A stretch of DNA of 64,000 bases, taken from Curvularia clavata (Eukaryota). The DNA lies in contig CP089277.1 in NCBI GenBank assembly GCA_023920165.1, positions 620,001-684,000 on the forward strand, written 5' to 3'. Shown one piece after another: positions 13,884 through 25,961 of the stretch (position 1 is the stretch's first letter; each line of letters starts with the position of its first letter). The translations under genes were made by a program, and so were the position numbers. The notes under the pieces are model-generated. The model saw only the letters and a program-made list of their open reading frames with translations. It ran no database searches and was not told the DNA's origin.

Positions 13884-15431
13884 ATGGGCTTCCTAAAGGA
13901 TACCGTCATCGCCATCACAGGCACTCTGCCCCATACTACCAAAGAGATCCAAGGCTGGGTTGCGCGAAACGGAGGAAGCTTTTCTCCCAACATCGCAAAG
14001 CACGTCACGCATCTCCTCGCCAGCAAAGAGGCATACAAAAGCCGCGACGAAGCCGTGCAACAAGCCATGTCCCTAGGCATTCAGATCCTCAGCTACGACT
14101 GGTTCGACGACTCCCTACAAGCAAGAAGGAAACTCGGCACGACCCGGTATTTATGGGAAGTGTTGCGCAAGGAGCGACGTGTAAGCAAGCAACTCAAACG
14201 AGCTGGACCACAAGCCGATGCGATTACTTTTCGAAAGGGTTGCAAGGAGATCAAAGACTTGATGGGGACAGGTACGTGTGACACTGTTGCTACGCGAAAG
14301 CCTAGGAAGAGTAGGAGCTTCTTCTTCTCTTCTGCGTCCTCTCCTTCTACCACATGCGTACCCTTTGTATCTGCCAAAGAGGATCTCTTGCGCAGGAGGT
14401 CAGAGAGGGCGACAGCTCAGGAGGAAGCTGAAGCTGCTCTTGTGAAGGAAGTTGAGCATGAGGATGCTTCTAATGCAACAGTTGGCACTACGTCCAACAC
14501 CTCCAAGCCCGAGCCTGCATCTACACCCCACTCCTCTCCGAGTACACAGACTAAGATTACCCATTGGAAAGATGCATACCACTACTATAAAGATGTCACG
14601 GGCTTTGAGTACAAGATTTGCCTTTTACGCAACGACTTCTCATGCAATGGCGTGGCAAAATATTACATTGGTTTGCTGGAAAGCCACACAAAGCCTCACG
14701 TGTACTGGAGCATCGTGCACTATCAGCCTGCGAAGAAAAGCATACCAACACCAAAAGACGAGGACGACGACAACAACGGAAACGACAAAGATAACTCTCC
14801 AGAAGAGAACAAGACTTTAAACACAGGCGAAGCAAGTAGCCCTCCAGCACCGCCCGAAAACGAACCCACCCCCGAAGCCACTCGCCTCACCTCCCTCATC
14901 ACCCCGCCCGCCCCCAACCCAGACGTCCCCTACACGGGCGAACTCTGCCCCCGCAACAGTCCTTTCGTCACCGCCGTCCTCACCTTCCGCCACGCTTTCC
15001 AGGACCTCACCCTTCTCGCATGGGAAGACCGCTTCTCGTCACGCGCTTCACAGATACAGCTCGCCCGCGCCCAGCACCTTAACTACGAGCCTTTTATGTA
15101 CTGCAGGCCTAAATTGGGTATGCCCATAGGCCTATTCCCTCAGGCTAGAGGGGTATTTGAGCACGGTAGCAGCGGCGGCAGCAGTGGAAGTAAAAAGGAG
15201 AAAGACGGGAAGGAGGAAGGGTATATTCGAGGTTCATTGGCTTTCCCGCTTTTTGAAAGGGGGCTGGATGAGAATGGGAGGGTTGGGGTTGTAGTGGTTA
15301 GGGAGAGAGAGAGGGCGAGAGAGGAGCAGGAGAGGCTGGAGAGGATACAGAAGGAGGAAGAGAAGAGGAAGAGGGCGGAGAGGAGGGGGAGTTGGAGGGG
15401 ACGGGATGGGATTTGGGGCGCTGGAAGTTGA
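13884..15431 (+). CDS. BRCT domain protein with probable WGR-like domain
   Basis: N-terminal BRCT pattern (IAITG...GGSF...VTHLL...ILSYDWFDDS). Central YKICLLRND...YYIGLLES segment resembles the fungal BRCT-WGR family. Charged low-complexity C-terminus. Confidence 0.7.
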   Translation: MGFLKDTVIAITGTLPHTTKEIQGWVARNGGSFSPNIAKHVTHLLASKEAYKSRDEAVQQAMSLGIQILSYDWFDDSLQARRKLGTTRYLWEVLRKERRVSKQLKRAGPQADAITFRKGCKEIKDLMGTGTCDTVATRKPRKSRSFFFSSASSPSTTCVPFVSAKEDLLRRRSERATAQEEAEAALVKEVEHEDASNATVGTTSNTSKPEPASTPHSSPSTQTKITHWKDAYHYYKDVTGFEYKICLLRNDFSCNGVAKYYIGLLESHTKPHVYWSIVHYQPAKKSIPTPKDEDDDNNGNDKDNSPEENKTLNTGEASSPPAPPENEPTPEATRLTSLITPPAPNPDVPYTGELCPRNSPFVTAVLTFRHAFQDLTLLAWEDRFSSRASQIQLARAQHLNYEPFMYCRPKLGMPIGLFPQARGVFEHGSSGGSSGSKKEKDGKEEGYIRGSLAFPLFERGLDENGRVGVVVVRERERAREEQERLERIQKEEEKRKRAERRGSWRGRDGIWGAGS

Positions 15432-15770
15432 GTATTTGCTAACTGGAGGGGGGAGAAGAAGAAGCTGATTTAGAGAAATTTTTGGGTGCTGGTGGGGGAT
15501 GCTGGCTATTTTTTGCTTTGGGTTTGGCCTTTCTACTTTCTTTCCCCTTGGTAGTGGATTTTGTCATCAAAATATTTGAAATTTACTTTTAAAGAAAAGC
15601 TTCTTAACATGTACTACAAGTGGAATATTCTGCTTCTAAAATCACCTAGCAAAACTCTTACAAGAAGTAACTTGAAAAACTTCATGATTACCGTCCAAAC
15701 ATCCTCCGCAAAGCCGAAAACGCCATTGTCATTATCCTTACATCGTTCGATCATTTCTTGAATCAGGCCA

Positions 15771-17432
15771 TCAAATCATAAGCCATGCTGGGACATCATC
15801 AGTGGAACTAGCTTCACGTGTAGCTTCTCCAGCGATATGGACGAAAGCATCGTCGTGATCATTCTCCGATTCAGTATCTGTTTCGAAGCCCTTGCTTATA
15901 TCAGTCCACTCATCAACCGTCTGCCGTGCACATGCTTGGCGCATAATCTGACGTGCATCCTCAATATCTTGCTCGACAGTTGTTTCTGGGTTGGCCAGGC
16001 GGTGGTGAGGTTTCGACGGTGGACAGACGTCAGTTGAACTAGGTGCCTTTTCTTTACCGGATGAGGAAGTCCCGGCGCCAAATTTGTTCTTTGGGGGCAC
16101 TTGCTTCCCTTTGCCATCTGTACTGGCTTTGGTGGTAAGTTCTTCTTCTGCAGTGTCGGAATCTCTGATAATCGAATAGAGATCTCGGATCGATGTGTAC
16201 ATATTGATGACTGACTCCAGTTGTAAGCCGGGAGTGAGGAGCTTCAAAACCATGTTCAAGCCGATGCTTGCGAAAAGGAGTGCAAAGGGAAAGGCGGAGC
16301 TCATGCTAGAAAAGAGCCTGGGCTTCCTGCCTAGCAAAGAGAGAAGTGCAGCAGAGAAGTGCTCAAGCATCAAAGACTTGACCAGGTATATCGTTTCCTC
16401 TTTTGGACCAGTAAGTGATGAGTGGGATTTGTTAACCATGCTGTTGGCGATGCAAGGGCCGTACATGAGGATGCAGAGAAAGTGGAAGAGTATCTCAAAG
16501 TAGTGCATAACGCAAGATACTGTAGCGACAGCTTTTCTGAACCAATCAAGGGTGCAGCCGAAAGTAAGCAGTTGTTTTCTCCGTTTCCGAAGTTTGTCAA
16601 GAAGTTCTGGTGAGACATGTGGCTGGTTGATATGTATGGTCGAATCGCCTGGATAGACAAGACGACAAGAGTGGCCTGATTGGCACTGCAGGGCGAATCC
16701 GAATGGGACCGGAGGAAGAAAACGGGCGGGGAGGACAGGCTCGTTAGTGTGGTTGACTTCATCAGTGGTTGCGCTGTCCGTGCGAAGAGAAGCTTCTTCA
16801 TGCTGACTCGAGCCAACGAGACGATTGAAAACCCAACCTAGCTTTTGCCTGATGAGGAAAAGGGTCTCTTCGGCAACCCGACGCGCACGATAACTGACGT
16901 TTGTCCAATAGGTTACAACGGCCTCTTGTGGAGTCGGCTTTTCACTCACAACCTGTGGTGAATGCTGCAGTCTACCACATTCCTCCGTTACCCACTCCGT
17001 GATCTTCTCACGCACATCAGGATATTGGAACCCAAGGCCAATGAGTTCATAGTGCGCTTCCTTCAGTCCGCGTACGAGACACTCTTCGTGGGTCTCCATG
17101 AGGTTGCGTCTCAGTCGAGTGGAAAGAAGATCGTCTAGACGACTGTACACTATCTTCTCCTTGCGTAGAGCGCTTGAGTGAGCTCGGAGCTCGTCATCGA
17201 CTCGCTCATACTCGGTCCGTTTTAAGTTGGAGACGCTGGCGATGCTGATTTGGAAGGCCAACAGGGCGGTAGTGAGATAGATCAGAGAGGCGGCGAGGAG
17301 CATGACATGTGGGCGTGCACGTTCAAGCCTCGTCTCGCGGAATGTGGTTGGCTTGCGTGACTTGGTTGTAGTAGCCTCTTCTGTGCGCGGCGGGCTCCGG
17401 CCAAGCGTATGGCAGTGTCCTGTAGTTGGCAT
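15771..17432 (-). CDS. Hypothetical multi-pass membrane protein
   Basis: About 550-codon uninterrupted ORF with first ATG at 17432 and several hydrophobic segments. No family recognised. Confidence 0.6.
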   Translation of the reverse strand: MPTTGHCHTLGRSPPRTEEATTTKSRKPTTFRETRLERARPHVMLLAASLIYLTTALLAFQISIASVSNLKRTEYERVDDELRAHSSALRKEKIVYSRLDDLLSTRLRRNLMETHEECLVRGLKEAHYELIGLGFQYPDVREKITEWVTEECGRLQHSPQVVSEKPTPQEAVVTYWTNVSYRARRVAEETLFLIRQKLGWVFNRLVGSSQHEEASLRTDSATTDEVNHTNEPVLPARFLPPVPFGFALQCQSGHSCRLVYPGDSTIHINQPHVSPELLDKLRKRRKQLLTFGCTLDWFRKAVATVSCVMHYFEILFHFLCILMYGPCIANSMVNKSHSSLTGPKEETIYLVKSLMLEHFSAALLSLLGRKPRLFSSMSSAFPFALLFASIGLNMVLKLLTPGLQLESVINMYTSIRDLYSIIRDSDTAEEELTTKASTDGKGKQVPPKNKFGAGTSSSGKEKAPSSTDVCPPSKPHHRLANPETTVEQDIEDARQIMRQACARQTVDEWTDISKGFETDTESENDHDDAFVHIAGEATREASSTDDVPAWLMI

Positions 17433-18011
17433 TTCGTCGTCTGTAACAGACCCTGGCAAAGGTTGGTGGCTCTTGGAGATATTGGTCCTGATTTCAATGC
17501 GGTCACCTTTCGTGTAGTGACCTTTGGAAACTACCGGCTTTTGTAGTATTCAGAAGGGACAGGCAAGCTGTGAGCGTCCCTGTACTTCATTGAATCAGTT
17601 AATGCCATGTGAGAAATGGTTGCGACTAGTGCGTAGACTACCCGTGGTTGCTACTCGACAAGCGCGCCAGGTAGCTGTTTGCGATTTTGTAAGAGGAGCC
17701 GGTGGAAACGATGTCACGGGCGCACACGTTGTTGATGCGAGTTGTTCGATCATGGATACGGCATGGGTAGTCTGGGGTTCTTGGTGATGTTATGTAGTCT
17801 GGTAGGTGCAAGGCAGTCCCGGGATGTGGGTCGGGCAAATCAAGCGCGCAAAGGTAATATGAGAGCCAGCTCCACCTTTATTTGCTTATTTGCAACGCGA
17901 CGATGGCGCAGAACACCATGGCACGCTGCAGATGGGTTTCACTTTTGGGTATCAAAAAAGCCAATGTGGCGCTAGAAACCCTCAATGGGGTGAGGGCTGT
18001 GTTCCTGACAT

Positions 18012-19314
18012 CTACTGCCTTCGAGTTCTTTTGCGCGGCGCTCTCCCGATATCCTCGATATCTGGTATTGCGCTTTCCACGTCTTCAGCTTTGACCTCGG
18101 CAACCTTTTCCACAACCTCCTCCTCCTCCTTCACTATTGCGTCACCCTCGGGAGCTTCCACTTTCACGACGGTTTCCTCCTTCTTGACCTTTGTGCGCTT
18201 TGCCACAACTGCCGACGGACATAGGCCTCGATCTGCCAGTTTGCACTCACCGCATTTCCTGCCTACCGGAAGGCATATTGACTGACCAAAGCCTACAAGC
18301 AAATTATTAATATCATGCCACTTGTCTTTGGGCAGCCATGACTCCAGCGCTGCGCGCGTCTGCTCGGGTTGCTGTGTCTTGTGCCAGCCCCAGAGGTTGG
18401 TGATGCGATGGACGTGTACGTCGACACCTATACCCTCAGTGCGACCCCATGCCGCGCTCATTGTCAGATGGGCCATCTTGGGGCCTACTCCTGGGAGTGA
18501 CACAAGACCCTCGATAGTGTCAGGTATGTCCGAGTTCCACTTGTCCCTCAGAATCTCAGCCGTCTGCTTGATGTACTTTGTCTTGAGGTTGTGGAAGCCC
18601 ACTTTGTTGATGAAGGCGTTCAGCTCGGTGGGCTCGAGCGCGAGGACGGATTCGAGATTGAAGCCCTGGCATGTGTCAGTTGGAGATAGATTATATGGGT
18701 CAAGTGCGACAGACTCCTGGCATTCGCTCCTGCATGCCCCATATTACAGGAGCGGTGACAGTGTCCTTGGTCTGGCTGCTCAGCATGAGGGCTACGAGTG
18801 TCTGGAACCGTTGGTCTCGAGGTGACTTGCTCCTGTCGGCCAAGCTCTCGCAACCCATTGTGTCTACGGGGGCTGGGTTCTCGTTGCGCATTTCCCTTGT
18901 CAGGGCATATATCTCCTCCCAATTGGCAGGCGGCTCGATCTTGATGCTCCCATCGCTGGCCTTTGTCTTCTTTGCAGGTGCACGACGCGCTTTCTTGACT
19001 TTGGCAGGCGACGCGATTGCAGTCATGGAGATTTCTTGCGCCTCCTGTTTTACGGGGACTGGCGCATCCTGCCCCCTTTTTCTCCTTTTGGGTGGTGGCG
19101 GCACCTCAGCATCTGAACCAGAGTCTGGTGGGATGGAACTAAACTCGGAGTCGGAATGCTCGTTCTCAGTGTTTTCAGATGCCTGGTCGGAATGATCCGT
19201 TTTGATATTGGGCGCTGGGGCATTGATGGCCGACCTGGTCTGTCTGAGGGCGCGCTGGGCGCGACTCGCGGCTACAATTCGGGAAGTATCCCGGGAGATT
19301 CGCGAGGTTCGCAT
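18012..19314 (-). CDS. NTH1: Endonuclease III-like DNA N-glycosylase/AP lyase
   Basis: [17 protein letters not shown], HhH motif [20 protein letters not shown] and 4Fe-4S motif [19 protein letters not shown]. Intron 18666-18714. Confidence 0.95.
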
Positions 19315-20488
19315 TGGGACAGGCGGGCGCGTGGCGGCACTGATAGCGAGATGGCTGTAGTTGTTCGACTGCAATGCAATGTTGGGAGGAAAGGAAACAT
19401 GGTTAGCACATGATGACGCAGACGCGGTCTCGTAGGGCGGACAGCCAATGAGGGCAGTGCTGACTATACGCGAACTTCGCGACAGCACGTGAGAGGGGTT
19501 GGAAGTAGATTAGTGCCGCGAGACATGTCCAAGCCCAGCAGCGACATGTCCAAGGCCACGGCAATTCTTTTTTGGCAATCAATGTTGCGCCGAGAGCTAC
19601 GGAGAGGGGCCGACGTTGAGGGAAAGCGGTATAGAAGCAATTTAGAGACGACCAATGGCACATGTTCTAGGCTGGTCTTTGGTGCCGCTGCAGCCAGTGC
19701 TCTGGTTAGCTTCACAGCGCAACAACGTCGACTACGAGCCGTCAATCAATAACGGATCCCCTGTGTGTGCACGTCGTATGACTTGTGGAACGGAATGTGT
19801 GGCGGTGTGTGGCGGCAGTGAGGCTGTGCGCCGACCACTAGACGGGCGGGCTGGGTAAGACGGGACGCATGTCAACGTCATAGCACGGTACGGGGTCAAG
19901 GGCTCAGATCAGACCCACGCCGGTGCTATCTTAATGCTCCTTGTGATGTGTCTCTGTTGAACTGGACAAAGACAGAGACAAAGGCACGCCACGTGTGTAT
20001 CGACGCTTTGTTGGGCACAATGGCAAACTTGGCGGTCAAGTCCAGCCCAGGGGCCTGCGTGCGACGAAACCCAGGGTCCCAAAGGTCTTTGGTTCGGCAT
20101 GCAATTCTGGTGCACTTGTACTTGCACTAGGACCAGCGGTTGTTTGGCGCAAACGGCGGGCGGCTAACCACAGCCAGCGAGTTCCTCGACGCCAGTGACG
20201 CCGCCAAGCCGCCGGCCACGGCGCATCAGGGAAATGCAAGGCTTGAAACACGCCCTCTACCCCAGTCCACGGTGAATCCTTACACCCTTCAATACCCTCG
20301 CTCGGTGCTTCTTTCATGCACTGTGCTTTTTACACCTACATTGCTCTCGTCAATCTGTTCCGCTCAACTTGCAACTGCACATAACTCCGCCTGTTTTCCT
20401 CGTCGCCTTGGTCCATGGCCACCTGCATTTAACCGCAGGGGGTATCCATTCACTAGCCCACCACGCTCGCCGCCTCAGGCACTCCACC

Positions 20489-23400
20489 ATGTCCACCACA
20501 GCAGATGCCTCCCAGCCAACGAGCACCACAGGCGCTGGTTCGGCTGCGCGTAAAGAAAACCAGAGCATTGAAAACTTTGCCGCTTCCTTATCCACGGCCG
20601 CAGTCATCTTTGGTGTGCAGATTGCTGTTTTCCTGATCCTCAGCGGCAACTGGAAACTACACAAGACAAAGTCCCGCAAACTCGAAGAGGAGCAAGCCAA
20701 GGAAGGAGTCTCGCGACAAAGTCTCTTCTACAAGATCTAGTATGCGCTACATGCCCACCATGGCCAATGTCTACTGACAAACAACTAGTTACTACAAGAC
20801 CGCCTTCGTCCCTATTGCCAAGCGCATTGCTGCCCCCGTCACTGCAATCGAATCCTTTAAAAATGTCTTCACAATCAGCGACCCCGAACTCATTCGTATT
20901 GCCGGTGTCGATGGCTACCTCTTCCTCCAATACCTGCAGCTGTTGCTGCGCATATTCATCCCAATGGCCCTCGTCATCCTGCCCATTCTCCTACCTTTGA
21001 ACCGAATAGGCGACGTGCCCGACGTATCTGGCCTGGATTCATTTGCATGGCCAAATGTCGGTGTGCCAGGAAAACACGATCGCCTTGTGGCGCACTTGAT
21101 TCTCGCCGTCTGTGTCATCTGCTGGGTGTGTTTCAACTTTTACTTGGCCCTGAGACAGTTTGTTCGCCTGAGGCAGACTGTTCTCACTCGGCCAGACCAC
21201 CGCATCCGTGCTTCTGCCACCACAATTCTTGTCCAGAGTATCCCCAAGAAATGGCTCACAGTCGCTGCTCTCGATGCACTCTACGATGTCTTTCCAGGTG
21301 GCATCAAGGATATCTGGATCAACCGCAACTACGAGGATTTGATGGACAAGGTAGATGAGCGCCTCAAAGTTGCAAGAGCCCTGGAAGCTGCAGAAACAAA
21401 CCTTATCATCAATTGTACCAAGAAACACAAGAAGATGCTGGAAAAAGCAGCAAAAGAAGCCGGTGAAAAGAAGAAATCTAGAAAGGAAAAGAAGCAGGAA
21501 GAAGCCATGCAGAATCATGCCATCAACCAGGAGACCCAAGACCACGGTGTGGATGCTGGTAACCCTCACGAAATCGAACAGCAACTTCAAAACGTTTTGG
21601 CCGAATCCGATTCATCGTCGTCCTCGGCATCGTCATCAAGATCCTCGTCCCCAAGCCGCAAGCGTGGCATTATACCCATTCCTTTGCTCGGTGAAGGTAT
21701 CCATGCAGTGGGTGAAGGCTTCCGTGGCGTAGACCGTTTTAACAAAAAGATGTACGGCAATGTCCGAGGCGTCTTTGGTTCAAAGCGCCGTCCCAACCAG
21801 CCTACAACTTCTGACCAAGGTCCAGCTGCTGTGGATGGAGCAGACGATGTCACGTACTCTTCACCAACTTCGGCAGATTTCCACACTAGAGGTGTTAGTA
21901 CCGACAGTCAAAATCCTCTGGCAAATAAGGAAAGCTACTACTCGGATGACCATGCGTCCGAGTCAAACTCTCCAGCTCAAGACCTCAAGGCACCCGCAGT
22001 GGAGGCTGAGGAAGAAGAGAAGAAGCCTGTCAAGGTCGGGTGGAACCAGCCTATCCAGAAACTAAAGGCTATCTACATTGGACAAGCTGAATTCATAAGC
22101 CCACAGCCATTCAAAAACGACGAACAGCCACCCATGGAGGTCAAAGACGCTAGCAAGATCAAGTACGACACAACAGGACTGTGGGACGAGAGTCTGCAGG
22201 AAGACGGCGAAGACGCTCTCTGGCGCAAGTATCTCAAGCCAAGTGATCGAGACACGATGCGCTTACCGTTGTTCAACGTGTCGTGGTGGCCCTCTTTGCC
22301 ATTGGTTGGCAAAAAGGTCGACACCATCTACCACTGCCGTAAAGAACTTGCTCGCCTCAACGCCGAAATCGCAGACGACCAGGCCCATCCGGAACGGTTT
22401 CCTCTCATGAACTCTGCCTTTATCCAGTTCAATCATCAGGTCGCAGCGCATATGGCATGCCAGTCGCTAAGTCACCACATTCCCAGGCAGATGAACCCAC
22501 GAACCGTCGAAGTCAACCCCAACTACGTCATGTGGGAAAATCTTACTATGAAGTGGTGGGAGCGCTACCTGCGCATGTTCGGCGTCATTCTCCTTATCGT
22601 TGGACTCGTCATCTTTTGGGGTATTCCTGTTACCTTTACGGGTGCTCTGTCTCAAATCGATACCCTTACCTCGCTGCTCCCATGGTTAGGCTTCATCAAT
22701 CGTCTTCCTCAGTGGGTAGTCAGCTTCGTACAGGGTGTGTTGCCACCTGCATTTTTGGCTATTCTCTTCGCTCTACTGCCTATTGTGCTACGCTTCCTAG
22801 CAAGCGCCACTGGTACGACAACACTAGGTGAACGCGAGTTGCTGGTTCAGAACTTTTACTTCGCCTTCGTTTTTGTCCAGTTGTTCCTTGTGGTATCCAT
22901 CTCCACGGGTATCACGACGGCTATTGACGATCTTGTCCATGACCCCCTCAGTGTTCCTCAGACTCTGGCTAGGAGTTTGCCGAAAGCTGCCAACTACTTC
23001 TTCTCTTACATGATTCTGCAAGCGCTCAGTATCAGTTCCGGTACCTTGCTGCAGATTGGTGCCGTTGTCGTCATCATTTTCCTTCGCTTCATGGACACCA
23101 CGCCTCGAGAAAAAGTTTCAAGGGTGCTGCAGAGACCTGGGATCAACTGGGGCACTATGATTCCCGTCTACACCAACTTTGGTGCAATCGGTAAGTCTGC
23201 GTCTAAGTCTATATGCCAGCTGCCTGCATCTCTAACAGCCAACAGGTCTCATTTACTCTGTCGTATCGCCCCTCATCTTGATCATGATGTTGATCACCTT
23301 CTGCCTCTTCTGGTTCACGTACCGGTACCAGATGATCTATGTTAGTTACGCTAAGGCTGAAACCAACGGCCTCATCTTCCCCAAGGCCGTCAATCAGCTA

Positions 23401-24303
23401 TTCACTGGACTGTACTTCCTCGAGCTATGTCTGGTTGGTCTGTTCTTCCTCCAAGAGGACGAAACCGGCAGACAGTCCTGTTTCCCGCACGCCATCGTCA
23501 TGATTATCATGCTCATCTTCACTGTCCTCTTCCAGATTGTGCTCAATCGGGCTTTTGGACCGTTGTTCACATATCTTCCAATTACATTTGAGGACGAGGC
23601 CGTCAAGAGAGATGAAGAGTGGGAGCGAGCGCAGGCCAGTCGATGGAAGCAGCCTGATGAGCATACATCTCTCACCGCTCAGGAAGACATGACCGAGGAA
23701 CGTGAACAAAGCCCATTCGCAGAGAAGAAGCGTCGGCAATCCTCTCATGACCCAGAATCCTACGAATTGAGCAACTTGGATGGTAATGGATCGGGTGCAG
23801 TTGGTCGATCGCCAAAGCCAGGCCGCGACGCGGGTTGGGCCAACCGCTCGCGGCACAGTTCCAACTCTCGCTCACGTTCGCATTCGCATCATGCAACGCA
23901 TAAGAAGAAGGAAAAACGCAAAGACCCCTTGGACATGATTACCAACACGCTCAAGAAAGGACTCGACGACGTTGCCAAACCCATTCGTGACGCCGAAGCT
24001 CAGGTCCTCCCTGCTGGTAACCTCTTCGACGAGGTCGACGACGAGCTTGCCGATATCGAACCCGAAGCCCGCCAGAAACTGATTAAGCGATCTTTCCAGC
24101 ATCCCGCTACGCGCGCCATTCAACCCGCTGTCTGGATCCCGCACGATGAGCTCGGCATTGCTAAGGATGAAATCGAGCGTACCAGCGCTTTCACAAAGCG
24201 CGTCTGGATCACAAGCGTGAATGCGCGATTGGATGCAAGTGGTAACGTCATCTATAGAGGACTGCCGCCGGATCGGGATCCATTTGAGAACATCGAGGTT
24301 TAG
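20489..24303 (+). CDS. OSCA/TMEM63 (CSC1/DUF221) calcium-permeable stress-gated channel
   Basis: GVDGYLFLQYL, SAFIQFN, FVFVQLFLVVSIS, LPKAANYFFSY, GLIFPKAVNQLFTGLY and C-terminal VWIPHDELG motifs. Introns 20740-20788 and 23191-23245. Confidence 0.93.
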
Positions 24304-24698
24304 AGTACTGTTTACTTTGCATAGCGTGGCTGTAGTTGTTCAATTTCACTTAGCTTTGTTCTTCTTGTGAAGCGAATCCTCGTGTTGGAGGGTGTCGTTT
24401 TGCTCTTATATAGACTTTGTTCGCCAGTCTTATGCGCGATATACCCAGGCTACTACACTATTATTATTAGATACAGAATTACTATTATTTTCCATGCTTG
24501 AAGTGGTCCAGTGTATCCTGTCATTGCATTTTGGAAATTTGGAATTGGTCGATCATGGATCACTACCTAACATGTCACTCTGGCAAATACAGCACATTCT
24601 ACTTCGTCACTTTTGCTCACATGGAACAGACAGCTGAGACAACTATAGTACATTATTAAAAAACAGTATAGAAAAATTAATACAAAGGCAGAAGGTAC

Positions 24699-25685
24699 TC
24701 AAGAACACTCCAAAGCCTCACCAAAAAAACCGAATCCAGTCGTCATCACGCCTCTCCCCTCGCACATCTTCAGCCACTCCGCCCAACGCGCCTCATCCTC
24801 CCCCACAATCTCGTACTCGCCTGATGCCTGAGCCAGCGGATTTGCAAAATCCGCTTCGGCCAGCACACCAAGCTGCCTCTCCACACCCGCATCGACAGCC
24901 TCATCGTTGACACGTGCTGCTGCTAGTGTTAGTGCTACTATAGCTGATGTTGCGGGTTAATACTAACAGGCAGCGGCATTGTCACCAGAAGTAGCCTCTG
25001 GTGCGGCTGTTGAAGCCGAAGAGAAGATGGAAGTTAAGGCTGCTTCTGCAGCCTGGAGGGGAGAAGGGGTGGTAAGGGGCGGGGAAGGAAGGGAGCATGA
25101 AGGATGAAGAGATTTCTTGGCCCTTGGCTTTTTGGCCGTGGGCTTGGTGGCGGAGGTGGAGGCGGAGGCGGCGGCGCAAGCAGAGCCATTCCTCGTTGGC
25201 TTGCGGACAGGGCGCTTGGTTGGCAGCCCTTTAGATTCATTGGTGGGCCTGCCTCTGCGCCTTTTTACGGGCGCGGTGATGTTGGTGATGGTGGGCCTTT
25301 GGAGGTTTGGCTCCACCGTTGCTCCTGAGGGAGCAGTGCCCTGCTGTTGGGCATTTTCTGAGACGAGGTCGATGACCTCGTTTGAGGGGGCGGGCGCCGG
25401 GGTGGTGGGCGCGGCGGCAGCTTGAGGAAGCTGCTGTGGTTGTTGAGGCAGCAGCAAGAAGTGCTGCTGCTGGAGGAACTGCTGTCGCTGCACTGGCAGT
25501 GCAGCAGAGTTCTGTTGGCCGGGCACGAAGCCCAGCGGAGCGGCGAAGGGCTGTGGCATGCCCATGTGTGCTTGGAGAGGGAATTGCCGCTGCTGTGGCG
25601 GCAGAAGGCGAGTGACGTTGAGCCACTGGCCTGCATCTGAAGAGAAGATGCGGCCGTTGATGCTTTGGCTTCGGAAGCCGTTCAT
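24699..25685 (-). CDS. Hypothetical Q/P/A-rich protein with AT-hook (KRRRGRP)
   Basis: ATG at 25685 (MNGFRSQ). Intron 24923-24967 (GTTAGT...CTAAC...TAG) joins in frame to the 24699-24884 ORF. Contains an AT-hook core and a SIM-like EVIDLV. Confidence 0.6.
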
Positions 25686-25716
25686 CGTGGCGGTTGGTGG
25701 GATGGAGAAGAGAAGT

Positions 25717-25902
25717 AAAGTAAATTGAGAGCTTTGGTTTGATGAGAGAGGCAAAGTAAATCGAAAACTTTGGTTGGCTGAGAGAGACTTTGGTATGATG
25801 AGTGTGACGAAGGAAGCTTGGAGAGAAGAAAGAGTAGTGGGAGGAAGGAGGGCTTTATGTATGACGATTCCAACTATGGTAGCAAATGGTAGCAAATGGT
25901 AG
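25717..25902. repeat. Short tandem duplications: a 36-bp-period imperfect repeat (25717-25806) and a 10-bp ATGGTAGCAA repeat (25876-25902)
   Basis: aaagtaaattgagagctttggtttgatgagagag versus aaagtaaatcgaaaactttggttggctgagagag, plus a partial third copy. Also atggtagcaa-atggtagcaa-atggtag. Confidence 0.75.
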
Positions 25903-25961
25903 GAACAGGCAGCTACTGCACTTTTCGGGACCAAACGGCTTAACATCTGTTCTATGTAGTT

